A DNA stretch of 63,676 nt, the filler included, from Octopus bimaculoides (lineage: Eukaryota): NCBI RefSeq assembly GCF_001194135.2. It is 7 parts of 6 records of this genome, joined end to end, with 100 filler letters (N's around TTAATTAATTAA, not from the genome) between each part and the next. Parts side by side here need not be neighbours in the genome. Positions count along the whole stretch, not along the records: positions 1 to 5,016 come from NC_068983.1; positions 5,117 to 11,365 come from NC_069001.1; positions 11,466 to 15,787 come from NC_069003.1; 4 more parts are not named here. The stretch is one strand, 5' to 3'. Made by a program: the position numbers and the translations under genes. This document shows, one piece after another, positions 1 to 12,006 of this stretch; position 1 is the stretch's first letter; each line of letters opens with the position of its first letter. The notes beneath the pieces were generated by a model. It saw only the letters and a list, made by a program, of their open reading frames with translations, made no database searches and was not told where the DNA came from.

Positions 1-189
1 TATATACACACCATTAAAGTGAAAGTATCTGTCATTACAGTATCGAAATGTGATTGTTTCAGTTAGTGGAATAGTTTCATTTTTAAAGTGAAAGTATTTG
101 ACATGAGTGTCTTTGTTTCACTTTTGACACGTAATACTTAAATAGTGGAGGAGATATGATGTTGCTGTGGGCTCGAACTATGCAAGAAG

Positions 190-350
190 TTAAAACTTTT
201 TTTGACTAAAACACAACCGGAACCCTAAGTAAGACATGTGTAAAATTTGAATGAAATTGGTTGTGTAGTTCTCGAGTTTTAGGGAAACACACACACACAC
301 AGACAGACAGACAGACAGACACACATTCTCATTTTTATATATATAGATAA
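190..350 (+). mobile_element. Non-autonomous Helitron/DINE-like element, 3' end
   Basis: aaatttgaatgaaattggttgtgtagttctcgagtttt followed by (CA)n(CAGA)n and cacattctcatttttatatatatagat. This layout resembles invertebrate non-autonomous Helitron ends (family recalled from memory). Confidence 0.5.
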
Positions 351-1371
351 TAATATTACATATTATAGCAATGGTTATATTCGTCAATCAAAATATTTAA
401 AATGTGAAATATATAATACTTTCTGTAACATGCTCGTGTTTAAACCATTTCACTTTTCTTGGAAATCATTTTAACATAATTAAAATTTATTTACGACGTG
501 GGAATAGGTGTTATCTAAGGATAACGGAAATGTAAATGAATCTGACCATTTTATTGATAAGCACGTTAGTTTTATGTAAAATAAAAACTATCTAAGCAGT
601 CTCGTTTACTCCAAAACTTGTTAATGTTTTGCAAGTTAAAATCATAAATGAGAATTTAAATATCTGTGCAATAAAAGTGAGAAAAATAGAAAGTATGAGT
701 GGATGAGAGGGAGAATAAAACTGATACAAGTGTAATCTTCATAAAACTGCCAGCATTTTGTATTTGAAACTGTCAAATATTGAAAGAAACAAGATACAAT
801 AGCTGAGTGAATGATAATAAATTCAAATATTAATAATGAACCATCATGTTCTTTTTGTCATGGCTACAAACAATACTAAAATTACAAAAAGTCCAGGTTG
901 TCTATTTCTTCATTACCAACAAAATGCAACATTAGGAGTGATCATTTCATATTTGTTGTTAGTTAAAGGCTAAAATGAAACGCAGTTGTTTAAGGAGGCG
1001 TATGTACCAATAATCCTTTTATTATTTAAGTGTAATGAAATGAAATTTCAATCGTGTCTATTCAATGAAGTTGAAGTAGGTTTTGGAGTAGATTTATATC
1101 ACAACTGAACATATTAAATCGCTGTCTCGTTGCATCTCGCAAGCCTAACATTGAAGATTGATATAAAAGTTTTTGAAATAATGGATTTCTTTGAACTAAT
1201 CAATAACAGTACAATTGTAATACTCTCTGTTTTTTGTAATAAATTTCTTCTTGAGGTAGATTTAATTTATCATACTCTTCTCCATCAAATGTATTTTTTT
1301 ATAGCTTAGCTAGAGGAGTAAGTGCAGCACTTTTAACTCTTTCTAGATATAAGGATGATGATAATAGTGAG

Positions 1372-1532
1372 GGGCAGAAATTTTGGGGAAGGGAGCTAGA
1401 TGATTATATCGACTCAAGTGTTCAACTGATACTCAATTTACTGACCCCGAAATGATTAAAGGCAAAGTCGACTTCGGTGGCATTTGAACTCTAAGCATTT
1501 TGTTCCGTGTGCTAACGATTCTGGCGACTCGT
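1372..1532 (-). mobile_element. tRNA-derived SINE family A, degenerate copy
   Basis: Reverse complement has A-box-like cagaatcgttag, B-box-like gttcaaatgcc and the core gtcgactttgcctttaatcatttcggggtc shared with many copies in the window. Confidence 0.75.
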
Positions 1533-1536
1533 CTGA

Positions 1537-1552
1537 TGATAATAACAACAAC

Positions 1553-1620
<68 letters not shown>
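1537..1620. repeat. (AAT)n microsatellite
   Basis: Direct reading. Confidence 0.95.
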
Positions 1621-1623
<3 letters not shown>

Positions 1624-1873
1624 TTCCTATCATAGTAGGTGCCTTAGGTATAATAAAAAAATATTCAGACAAATACATAACAAAAACACCAGGACTTACA
1701 AATATATATAACATACAGAAAATTGCACTACTGGGTACTGCACACATTCTACGCAAAACACTTTCAATACAGTAAACATAAGAGCACCACAGCAAACCAC
1801 AGCACATACCCAAGGCGCACAGAGCTGCGCTCGGTAGTGAAGTGAAAGTACGTTATAAAAATAAAACTACTGA
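1618..1873 (+). mobile_element. R4/Dong-like non-LTR retrotransposon, 5'-truncated 3' end (subfamily 1)
   Basis: Encodes TIPIIVGALGIIKK...QKIALLGTAHILRKTLSIQ*, the C-terminus of an RLE endonuclease, followed by a 3' UTR. (AAT)n lies on both sides. Near-identical copies occur at 43855-44183 and 40443-40500. Confidence 0.85.
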
Positions 1874-1900
1874 ATAATAATAATAATAGTAATAATAATA

Positions 1901-2004
1901 ATACCGACAGCAACAAATGTAGAATGTGTGGTGAGAAGGGTGAAACGGTATGGCACATCGTTAGCAAATGCCCGAAATTGGCACAACGCGAATACAAAAG
2001 ACGC
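1901..2004 (+). mobile_element. R4/Dong-like CCHC zinc-knuckle fragment
   Basis: Translates as TDSNKCRMCGEKGETVWHIVSKCPKLAQREYKRR, matching the CxxC...H...C motif that precedes the RLE domain. Confidence 0.75.
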
Positions 2005-2399
2005 AACTCACAATACAAACACTAATAGAACAAAGACCTCAAGCACAAGCGCCAAAACAAAACTTACTGATGTAATGCAATAAGGGAAGAGTTTTACTTC
2101 CCAAGCAATAAAATGAAATAAAATAAAATAAAAAAACACAATACTAAACCCACTGCTGCAAGGTTGTGAATACTATGCTAATAATCATCGCATCACAGCT
2201 CATCCAAGTGAGGGCAGACAGACCCCTTCAAACTTGATGAAGCAAATCTGTCTAGAGTAGTGACCAAAATCACTACTTGCCAGTAAGGTTAAAATAGATT
2301 CTTCAAGCAAAATGCAGACTAAAAACAGATTATACCGCATCGCTCGTCACGTGGGTCTTCTGAAAATGATTTTGATGGAAATCAGAACCGAGAAATCAA

Positions 2400-4200
2400 A
2401 CCTGACACCTAAGGACAAATACCAAACAAAAGAAAAACTCCAAAGGAACCACTATACTTAGATGGATGAGAGAGGAGTATAAGCGAGACATGACTGCGTG
2501 CTACCGGACGTAATAAAACAGTGGTATTTCAGTATCTGGAGAGAAACGATAGAGGATTATATTGATGCAAAAAAATTAGCCACACGTAAGACATTACGCG
2601 TAATAACCGTCTAACACTTGTAGAATTAGAGACAATAAAAAATAATGCCATTACCATCTCAGAAAATCAAACTGAAGCGCAAGCTGCAGGCACTGGTAAT
2701 AATAATAAACAGGAAAACATGCAAGCTGTTGATAGAGATACCCCTAAACATGAGGTTGATGCAGGCAACTTAGAACCTGAAGTAGTAGATGGCCGAATTA
2801 AAAGTAGAGTAACAGAAAGTAGAAATGAACCTGAAGCTGCAATGGCTGACATATTCACTCAAGCCAATAGAAAGAGAATATTTGAGGCAAAAAATGATAT
2901 CCTGAGAGACCTAGGCATTTCTAAGCATCTAGAAATGAATGAAAGGATCAACTACCAAAGTTTCAGAACACCATATCAAATCACTGTACGATTAAACATA
3001 TGACTATATCTTAAAGCAGTTTCTCCTTGAAACAGACAGATTTAACCCATTAAACCATCTCTTATACTCAACAGCTATTGCTGTCACAAAGAAAACAGGT
3101 GCCAAGTTAACGAAAAAGGGTCACAAAAAAAGCACACGAATACCCAAGGTAGGAAGAGCGCATAAATAAGGAAATCGAGAGTTTCCGATAGGAATTATCG
3201 ATCTTGGACGAACTCTCCAAAAGAAATAATCTAAAGACCAGAAAGGATAGAAAGATAAAGTGAAAATACAATCTGATGAACGTAAATGAAGTACTGAGAG
3301 CAAAAGAGATGGTTAAGCCAAAAATGCAGGTTAAAAGTGAAATAAATTTTACAGACAAAATAAGATATTTAAAACTGATGCTAAGAAATTCAACAGAGAG
3401 GGAAACAGTCGAACGAAGTAAATGATCCGCCTGATATGAAAGAAGTAGTAATATTTTGAAAAAGTATATGGAGCGAAAGAAAGGAATCCAATAAGGAAGA
3501 TGAATGGGTAGGGAGAGAAAAAGGAAGTGTTGTATCCTCCATCTCCAAATGTCGTGGTACCGCCACAATATTATGATGGATGGTTTAGATGCACTGTACC
3601 AGTGTAGTAATAGTAAACAAGATGATGATTTAGCCGTAATAACAACGTAACGAGCCAACAATCTATTCACGAACCAACAATCAATATTCCAAACGAACTA
3701 ACCGACCAATGCCTTCCAACTTCACAACGAAGTCAACTCGAACTAACACACAAACTTCACTCCGAACAAATAGGAAGAATGGCTAAGATTGAAGAACAGG
3801 GATGGAACAATATTACAATGCAGGAACTAACTCAAGTTCTATCTAAAGCTGATAAGTTGAAGTCTTCTGGACATGATAAAATCCCAAACTTCTGGATTCA
3901 TAGCCTGTTATCATCACACAGTCAGTTAATGGAATGTTTCTCTAACATCATCAGAAACCCCGAGAATACTTCAAGCTGGCTAACATTAGGAATGACACCT
4001 ACTCCCTAAAACAAACAACGAAAAAACTACAGTTCGATCGCTTGTTTGACCACCATGTACAAACTACTTACATCCGTCCTCACCGAAAGGATGTATCACT
4101 TTTTCAATGAAAATATCCTCGGCCTTGAACAAAAAGGGTGCAAAAGAAATTCAAACAGTTGCAAAGACCAGCAATTAATAAACCGTATGATACTCGAAAA
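2400..4200 (+). mobile_element. Degenerate R4/Dong-like retrotransposon, N-terminal region and start of RT
   Basis: Frameshifted segments DAKKLA..NNRLTLVELETIK, FYRQNKIFKTDAKKF, KSSGHDKIPNFWIHSL..WLTLG, IACLTTMYKLLTSVLTERMY..EQKGCKRNSNSCKDQQLINRMILEN. Confidence 0.8.
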
Positions 4201-4326
4201 TTGAGCATGTCCCTTGGTGGCTGACGATATGTGCATCTCTGCTCACGAGCAGAAGTAGTGGGAGAGCATCATAGCCACGTGAGGAATTCTTTGGGGTTTG
4301 GATAGTTCACCTTTGGAAACATGGGT
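4201..4326. repeat. Interspersed repeat family D, fragment
   Basis: ttgagcatgtccc...gcagaagtagtgg...gaaacatgggt matches approximately 57925-58062. Confidence 0.75.
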
Positions 4327-4605
4327 AGATATGACAGGTTAGCGTGGGAGGTTAAGCAGTTGTGGTCGATGAAAAAGGTGGCAGCAGTACCAATAATTGT
4401 CTGAGTAAAAATCATGAGAAGTACATGAAATAAATAGGGACTGCAATAAGGGTGGAGCACGTGCAGAAAAAAAACAGCACTGTTTGGAACCGCTCGAATA
4501 CTTCGGATGGTGCTCGAAAAATAAGGAGTCTTACCTTAGTTCACTGGTAGTGAACAGCTGTTACCGCAGTACATCTCCAGCGTTAGAAGCTATGCAAATA
4601 AATAA
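4327..4605 (+). mobile_element. R4/Dong-like 3' end (subfamily 2)
   Basis: RYDRLAWEVKQLWSMKKVAAVPIIV ... KTALFGTARILRMVLEK*, then a UTR and a (TAAA)n(TAA)n tract to about 4712. Confidence 0.8.
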
Positions 4606-4618
4606 ATGAATGAATAAA

Positions 4619-4714
<96 letters not shown>

Positions 4715-5644
4715 CCGGGGAAGTTTAACATGTGAGAACGATAAATCACTGCTCCGAAACTTATCCAAAAACATCGGAAATAAAGACATTGCATGGAGCC
4801 AAAAAAATAGCTGACAAGGGCTGGACTATATCAGAGTAAGTAATACTCATTGAAATTTATTTCTATTTTTCCAAATATAATGATGTATTTTAACTTGATA
4901 CCTCCACTACCCGCACAGCGATCGTAAACACACGTGTTACATCAAAATCAGACCATCTTCGAACCCAAAAACACCATGTACAAAAAAATTACAAACAGAT
5001 TAAATAACACCGGTATNNNNNNNNNNNNNNNNNNNNNNNNNNNNNNNNNNNNNNNNNNNNTTAATTAATTAANNNNNNNNNNNNNNNNNNNNNNNNNNNN
5101 NNNNNNNNNNNNNNNNTACACTATTTCAGTATTACGTCTCTATTGAAATGTGAGATAATACTTTCATTTTGAAAGAAGTCTGCTCTTGTTTGTTTTCTGT
5201 GCTCTGTTTATCATTTTGTCCACGTTTTTTTTGTGACGTCCTGTACCCAGATATGCATCTATATATACATGTAGATGTAGGTATGTACATACATGTACGT
5301 ATATATGCATATACTCACATATTATTTGTATTATTATAATATATATATATATATATATTCCTTATGCATTATATATAACCGAGTTACCGATTTTACGTAT
5401 GAGGTATCAAAAGATCCGGTACTATTTCGGCTACAAATTAATTTCCATTCACATATTTGCATTTCAAAAATATTATATATAGAGAGAGAGAAAGAGTATA
5501 TCCAGGAATACAATATCAAATATATCATTCTGCATTGGTGTAAATTTGGCTACTATTTCAAGCAAGTCAGTGAACCACATACAGGTCTCCTTCATACAAA
5601 CTCAACTCCAGATGCAGTGTAGTGTACAGAGATGTGGGTCTGTA

Positions 5645-5707
<63 letters not shown>

Positions 5708-6568
5708 NNNNNNNNNNNNNNNNNNNNNNNNNNNNNNNNNNNNNNNNNNNNNNNNNNNNNNNNNNNNNNNNNNNNNNNNNNNNNNNNNNNNNNNNNNNNN
5801 NNNNNNNNNNNNNNNNNNNNNNNNNNNNNNNNNNNNNNNNNNNNNNNNNNNNNNNNNNNNNNNNNNNNNNNNNNNNNNNNNNNNNNNNNNNNNNNNNNNN
5901 NNNNNNNNNNNNNNNNNNNNNNNNNNNNNNNNNNNNNNNNNNNNNNNNNNNNNNNNNNNNNNNNNNNNNNNNNNNNNNNNNNNNNNNNNNNNNNNNNNNN
6001 NNNNNNNNNNNNNNNNNNNNNNNNNNNNNNNNNNNNNNNNNNNNNNNNNNNNNNNNNNNNNNNNNNNNNNNNNNNNNNNNNNNNNNNNNNNNNNNNNNNN
6101 NNNNNNNNNNNNNNNNNNNNNNNNNNNNNNNNNNNNNNNNNNNNNNNNNNNNNNNNNNNNNNNNNNNNNNNNNNNNNNNNNNNNNNNNNNNNNNNNNNNN
6201 NNNNNNNNNNNNNNNNNNNNNNNNNNNNNNNNNNNNNNNNNNNNNNNNNNNNNNNNNNNNNNNNNNNNNNNNNNNNNNNNNNNNNNNNNNNNNNNNNNNN
6301 NNNNNNNNNNNNNNNNNNNNNNNNNNNNNNNNNNNNNNNNNNNNNNNNNNNNNNNNNNNNNNNNNNNNNNNNNNNNNNNNNNNNNNNNNNNNNNNNNNNN
6401 NNNNNNNNNNNNNNNNNNNNNNNNNNNNNNNNNNNNNNNNNNNNNNNNNNNNNNNNNNNNNNNNNNNNNNNNNNNNNNNNNNNNNNNNNNNNNNNNNNNN
6501 NNNNNNNNNNNNNNNNNNNNNNNNNNNNNNNNNNNNNNNNNNNNNNNNNNNNNNNNNNNNNNNNNNNN

Positions 6569-6620
<52 letters not shown>

Positions 6621-7631
6621 TAGATAGATAGATAGACAGATAGATAGATAGATAGGTATATGTATGTATGTATCTATATACATATATATATGTATGTATA
6701 TATGTTCGTATGTGTCTGTGTATGTACTTCCATGGATGTGTGTGTAAATATATGCATAAGTATATAATTGTAGACATATTTATGTGTGTGTGTGTATATA
6801 TGTGTGTATATGTATGTATGTATGTACGTACATATATATTTTATATATATATAGAGAGAGAGATAGGTTTTATGGAAATAGATAAGTATGCATAAATGTG
6901 TGTGTGTGTTTATATATGCACGTGAATATGCATGTATGTATATATGTGTGTGTGTATGGATGCAATGAATGTCTAATATGTAAAGATACATTGATTAGTA
7001 TTGAAGTGAGGAGAAAGGCAGAGTGAAATAGAGCGAGAGAGCAAATGAGAAGGTGGGGGGAGATGGAAATATCATTTTGAAGAAAGGATGGTCTCCTTGG
7101 ATTTCTTATCATTGATTAGAAGAAGAATTTAACCTTCTGGCATTACATATGAGTGCATAAACACATATACATATGCATCATACTGTAAGGACTCAGATAA
7201 TACACATTTACATATATCACCATATATATATATATGATATATGTATGTGTGCGTGTGTGTATATATATATATATATATNNNNNNNNNNNNNNNNNNNNNN
7301 NNNNNNNNNNNNNNNNNNNNNNNNNNNNNNNNNNNNNNNNNNNNNNNNNNNNNNNNNNNNNNNNNNNNNNNNNNNNNNNNNNNNNNNNNNNNNNNNNNNN
7401 NNNNNNNNNNNNNNNNNNNNNNNNNNNNNNNNNNNNNNNNNNNNNNNNNNNNNNNNNNNNNNNNNNNNNNNNNNNNNNNNNNNNNNNNNNNNNNNNNNNN
7501 NNNNNNNNNNNNNNNNNNNNNNNNNNNNNNNNNNNNNNNNNNNNNNNNNNNNNNNNNNNNNNNNNNNNNNNNNNNNNNNNNNNNNNNNNNNNNNNNNNNN
7601 NNNNNNNNNNNNNNNNNNNNNNNNNNNNNNN

Positions 7632-7669
<38 letters not shown>

Positions 7670-7894
7670 GCACATATACATGTGCCAACAAAACACGCAT
7701 TGCCTCCACAAAGCACATCCTAAGCAACTAAACCATCTCTAAATGAAGTATTATTCAATTAAAGTGCACAATGAGTAATTAAAAATTAAACGAGGACCAA
7801 CATTAGTTAAATATGGAAAGGATGGAACAGAAAGAATGACTCTCTGGTAAACTATGCAATCAAAATATGTATATATTCATCTTATCTCATGTAA

Positions 7895-8040
7895 GCATGG
7901 CTGTGTTATTACGAAGCTGTAGTTTCAGGTTCCGTCCCACAGTGCAGCACCTTGGGGAAAATGTATTTTATTATAGCCTCAGACCAATAGATGCTTTGTG
8001 AGTGGGTTTGGTAGATGGAAACTGTGTGGAAGCCCCTTGT
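7895..8040 (+). mobile_element. tRNA-derived SINE family B, 5' part
   Basis: gcatggctgtg...caggttccgtcccacagtgcagcaccttgg...ttatagcctc...gtgagtgggtttggtagatggaaactg, shared with the copies at 20185, 24915, 35295 and 54715. Confidence 0.7.
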
Positions 8041-8250
8041 CATCATTATCATTTAACGTCTGTTTTTTCATGCTGGCATGTGTTGGACAGTTTGTCAGGA
8101 GCTAGCAAGCCAGAGAGCTGCACCCAGCTCCAATTTTCTGTTTTTGGTTTGGTTTTTACAGCTGGATACCCTATCCTAACACCCACCACTTTACTGAATG
8201 GACTGGGTGCTTTTTATGTGGCACCAGCATGAGTGGGGTTGCCAAATAGC
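8040..8250 (-). mobile_element. LINE/SINE-tail repeat family E
   Basis: catttaacgtctgttttttcatgctggcatg...gctggataccctatcctaacacccacc; related to 10600-10815 in the opposite orientation, with an (ATG)n tail. Confidence 0.5.
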
Positions 8251-8315
8251 TTGCAAGACAAAAGCCTCTCAGCTAAGAAAGGGAGTGAAACGAAGAGAAG
8301 TGGCAGGCATGAGGT

Positions 8316-8356
<41 letters not shown>

Positions 8357-8369
8357 CTGGTATTCTGTC

Positions 8370-8672
8370 ACTTACGACAATGAGTGTTCCAGTTAATTCA
8401 ATCAATGGAACAGTCTGGTTGTGAAATTAATGTACAAGTGGCTGAGTGCTCCACAGACATGTAGACCCTTAATGTGGTTCTCAGGGAGATTTAGCATGAC
8501 ACGGAATGTAACAAAGCTGGCTCTTCGATATACAGGTACAACTCATTTTGGCCAGCTGAGTGGACTGGAGGAACATGAAATAAAGTGTCTTGCTCAAGGA
8601 GAATAAAACCACCAGCAATTGAACTCACGACCTTACGATCATGAGTTGAATGCATAACCCATTTTATATTTT
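8370..8672 (-). mobile_element. tRNA-derived SINE family C
   Basis: Reverse complement reads gggttatgcattcaactcatgatcgtaaggtcgtgagttcaattgc (tRNA-like head), then ccttgagcaagacactttat...ccagtccactcagctgg. Related pieces occur at 11466-11503 and 53630-53945. Confidence 0.7.
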
Positions 8673-8929
8673 TAATTCCATGCATGTTCATTGTTTGTTT
8701 TTGATTTTGTCAACTACACTGTGTAGTAGGGTCAGTTGGGCACTGTCTGTGAGAAAACAGCACCATGACGCAATTCACTCTGCCAGAAATTTGGAAACGA
8801 CATGCTGTATTGTTTGGCATTCGTGCCAGAAGCTCCAATACAAACAATATATACAGATAGATAGATATGTACATATACATACATATCTGTGTGTATGTAA
8901 AGACAGATACATACTTAGACAAATAGATA

Positions 8930-9016
<87 letters not shown>

Positions 9017-9559
9017 TCATCTCGTTGCTTTTCAAATTCACCATAATTTCTTGATGGCAGAATATGCTGCATTCTCTCTGAAGCAAGACAGACTAAGAGA
9101 TAATTCACATACGAAGAAATGGTAGTAATCTGTGATTTGTTCAAATTAAACAATTTGTACTGGTTCCATCAGCTTATCTGTTTTAGACACCTTTTAATGA
9201 AGTTCTGGAGAAGGAAATAGGAAGTGATTAATTCAGAGAGAGAGAGTGAGGGGGAGGGATTGGGGAGAAGGGTGGAGGGAGAAACAGGGTGAGAGAGAGA
9301 GTGTGTGTTAATGGTATGTGTCTGTGTATGTGTCTGTGACTGAGAAAAACAGAAGTGTTAGGGATGTGTGTGTGTGTAGTACAGTGTTTGTTGCATAAAT
9401 ATGTATAATAGCATTTGTAAATGTGTTTGCTTGTGTATGTTTAAGTGTATATGAAAATGCTGCCCATGTTTATGCTATAGTTTTATGTATGTGTATGTAT
9501 ATGGATGTGTGTATACATATACACACACACACATACACACACAAACAACATGCATAGAT

Positions 9560-9610
9560 AGAAAAACAGACTGACAAATGCATAGACAAACTGATAGATA
9601 GATAGATAGG

Positions 9611-9673
<63 letters not shown>

Positions 9674-9745
9674 GTAGATAGATACACAGACAGACAGATA
9701 GATAGGCAGGAAGATAGATAGATAGATAGGTTGATAGATAAAGAG
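9560..9745. repeat. (GATA)n/(GACA)n compound microsatellite
   Basis: Direct reading. Confidence 0.9.
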
Positions 9746-10599
9746 ACTGGCAGACAAATAAACTTATAGAAACTTCTAGATAAATTATTCCAGCATTATC
9801 AATTAGACTAAAAACAATGCCAGAATGGATCTTGTCTTTAATGCCAACAGATATATATTTTCCCAAAATTTGTTTTAGCTGACATTAATTGAATATGTAT
9901 CTCTTGCTTGTTGTTCATAGATTTTAAAAATACCCAGGGGGAGTTTTTCTCTACTAAGCATAAGGACAATCTCAGTTAAAGTCTTTCAACTCATTTATAT
10001 TTTGTGTCATATTTGACATTAATCTATCTTTCTATCTAACGATCTACCATCATTTTACAAACACATATATATCCATATATGTATATTTATGTATATATCC
10101 ATATATATATATTTACACACACACACACACACACATGTTTATGTATATATATGTGTATCTATATTGTATGTATGTGTATGTATTGTATTATGTAAGTCAA
10201 AAGTATTGAGAGAAGTCAGTTTAGATGAAGAGTGAAATATATACACATATGTACATATACATACATATATGTGTGATAGATAGACATATTCAAATACAAA
10301 CATACATACACACACACACACACACATACACACACACGAAAGTTTCAGATACTTATGCCGAAGCACGTTACCTCTGGTTTCATGTAAGAAAGAGACCCAA
10401 AGTATATGTGTATGTGTACGTATATATGTGTATGTGTTTGCGTATATGTGTGTGTATGTATGTGTTTGTATATATGTGTATACATATATATGTATGTGTG
10501 AGTGCATATATATGTGTATGTGTGTGCATATATATGTGTATTCATATCTATGGGTATATATGTGTGTACATATATATGTGTATATGTATATATATGTAT

Positions 10600-10815
10600 G
10601 TTTGCATGTGTGTTGTCTTGACATCACATTACAGCTGTAAACAAGTGTCACTGTCCTACAAGCGAGGTTGCTTGTTTCTAGTCTTCCGTCAGAAACACAT
10701 GTCCAGACATGGGAAAAGGTTGCCTTGCTTGGAGACAGGGGGAGGTGACAGGAGGGGGTTTCAGGGGTAGAAAATCTGCCTCTGTAGATGCTGAAACGAT
10801 GGTGATGATGATGAT
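10600..10815 (+). mobile_element. Repeat family E copy
   Basis: ggtgacaggagggggtttcaggggtagaaaatctgcctc...aaacgatggtgatgatgatg; similar to the reverse complement of 8040-8250. Confidence 0.45.
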
Positions 10816-11504
10816 GAATAATGCTATATATACACTTATACACACAATCACATATACACATCCATGCACACACACATACGCACACATAGTGGTATAAATA
10901 GAATATATATAGACAAAGAAAGAGTGTGTGTATGAGAGAGAGAGAGAGAAAGAAAGAAAGATAGGAAGAAATAAAGAAAGGAAGAAAGGAAAGATAGAAA
11001 AAAAGAAAAAGAAATGAAGATGGGAGGAAAGAAAAAAGAAATAGAGGAAGAGAGAAAGAAAACAAAAGGAAGAAGGAAGGAAAGAAAGAAAAGAAACTGA
11101 GAAAAGTGCAACAACAATAACAACAACAACAACAACAATCCATACATAAGAATTTCCAAAGTTCTGAAAGGCATTTGGTGTTGTTGTTGTTTGTGTGTAA
11201 GTCTTGGTCTATAAAGGACATGTGATTGTGTGGCTAGCATGACCTTTAAGAAGAAACAATCCGTCAGAAGAAGGAGAGAAATGTACAAGTGACATGTTTG
11301 GGGTGGGGGGGTGACAGAAAGGTTAGAGGGTGGAGCTGGAGAAGCAGGCATGAAGAGGATGATGANNNNNNNNNNNNNNNNNNNNNNNNNNNNNNNNNNN
11401 NNNNNNNNNTTAATTAATTAANNNNNNNNNNNNNNNNNNNNNNNNNNNNNNNNNNNNNNNNNNNNGAAATTAACGTGCAAGTGGCTGAGCACTCCTCAGA
11501 CACG

Positions 11505-11765
11505 TGGATGATGATGATGAAGATTATGATAAAAATAATGGTGATGGTGGTGGAGGTGGTGGTGGTAGTGGTGGTGGTGGTGGTGGTGGTGATGATGACT
11601 TGGATGGTGATGATGGGAGGATGATGATAAAGATAATGTGGGATGATGATGACGATGATGATGGTGATGATGATGATCATGACGGCACTGGTGGTGTTGG
11701 TGGTGCTGGTGATGATGTTGATGATGATGATGATGACGATGTTGACGAGAGCAGAGCTGAGGATG
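11505..11765. repeat. (GAT)n/(GGT)n low-complexity tract
   Basis: Direct reading. Confidence 0.9.
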
Positions 11766-11919
11766 TGACTCAGGCGTTATAAACCCCAGACTCAAGGATA
11801 GCTGCCAACGCGTTCATAAAAGGATTGGCAATCGAAGGAGGCCAAAGATTAGAATAAATTCTGAACAACAACATATTTCAGGGAAACGAAACTTGCACGT
11901 GATTCAGCCAATTTACTTT

Positions 11920-11950
<31 letters not shown>

Positions 11951-12006
11951 TGTAGATATGCATGGACGTATCTGTGTATCTAATTATATATATATATATG
12001 TATATA

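Noticed and set aside
5061-5072. TTAATTAATTAA between N-runs (also at about 11410, 15832, 25648, 44228 and 59162)
   Set aside because: An identical six-frame-stop palindrome centred in fixed-length gaps is an assembly linker, not biology.
5546-6777. Long ORFs spanning N-runs (also at 7129, 14453, 22019, 23097, 28198, 36008, 40412, 48120 and 50694)
   Set aside because: They are open only because N and (TA)n contain no stop codons.
8620-8672. tRNA genes at SINE heads (also near 63610)
   Set aside because: Only A/B-box-like motifs are present, continuing into SINE bodies; there is no complete cloverleaf.
11496-11795. His-, Asp- or Gly-rich ORFs (also 47112-47417 and 58221-58439)
   Set aside because: These are translations of trinucleotide microsatellites with no supporting splice or homology evidence.
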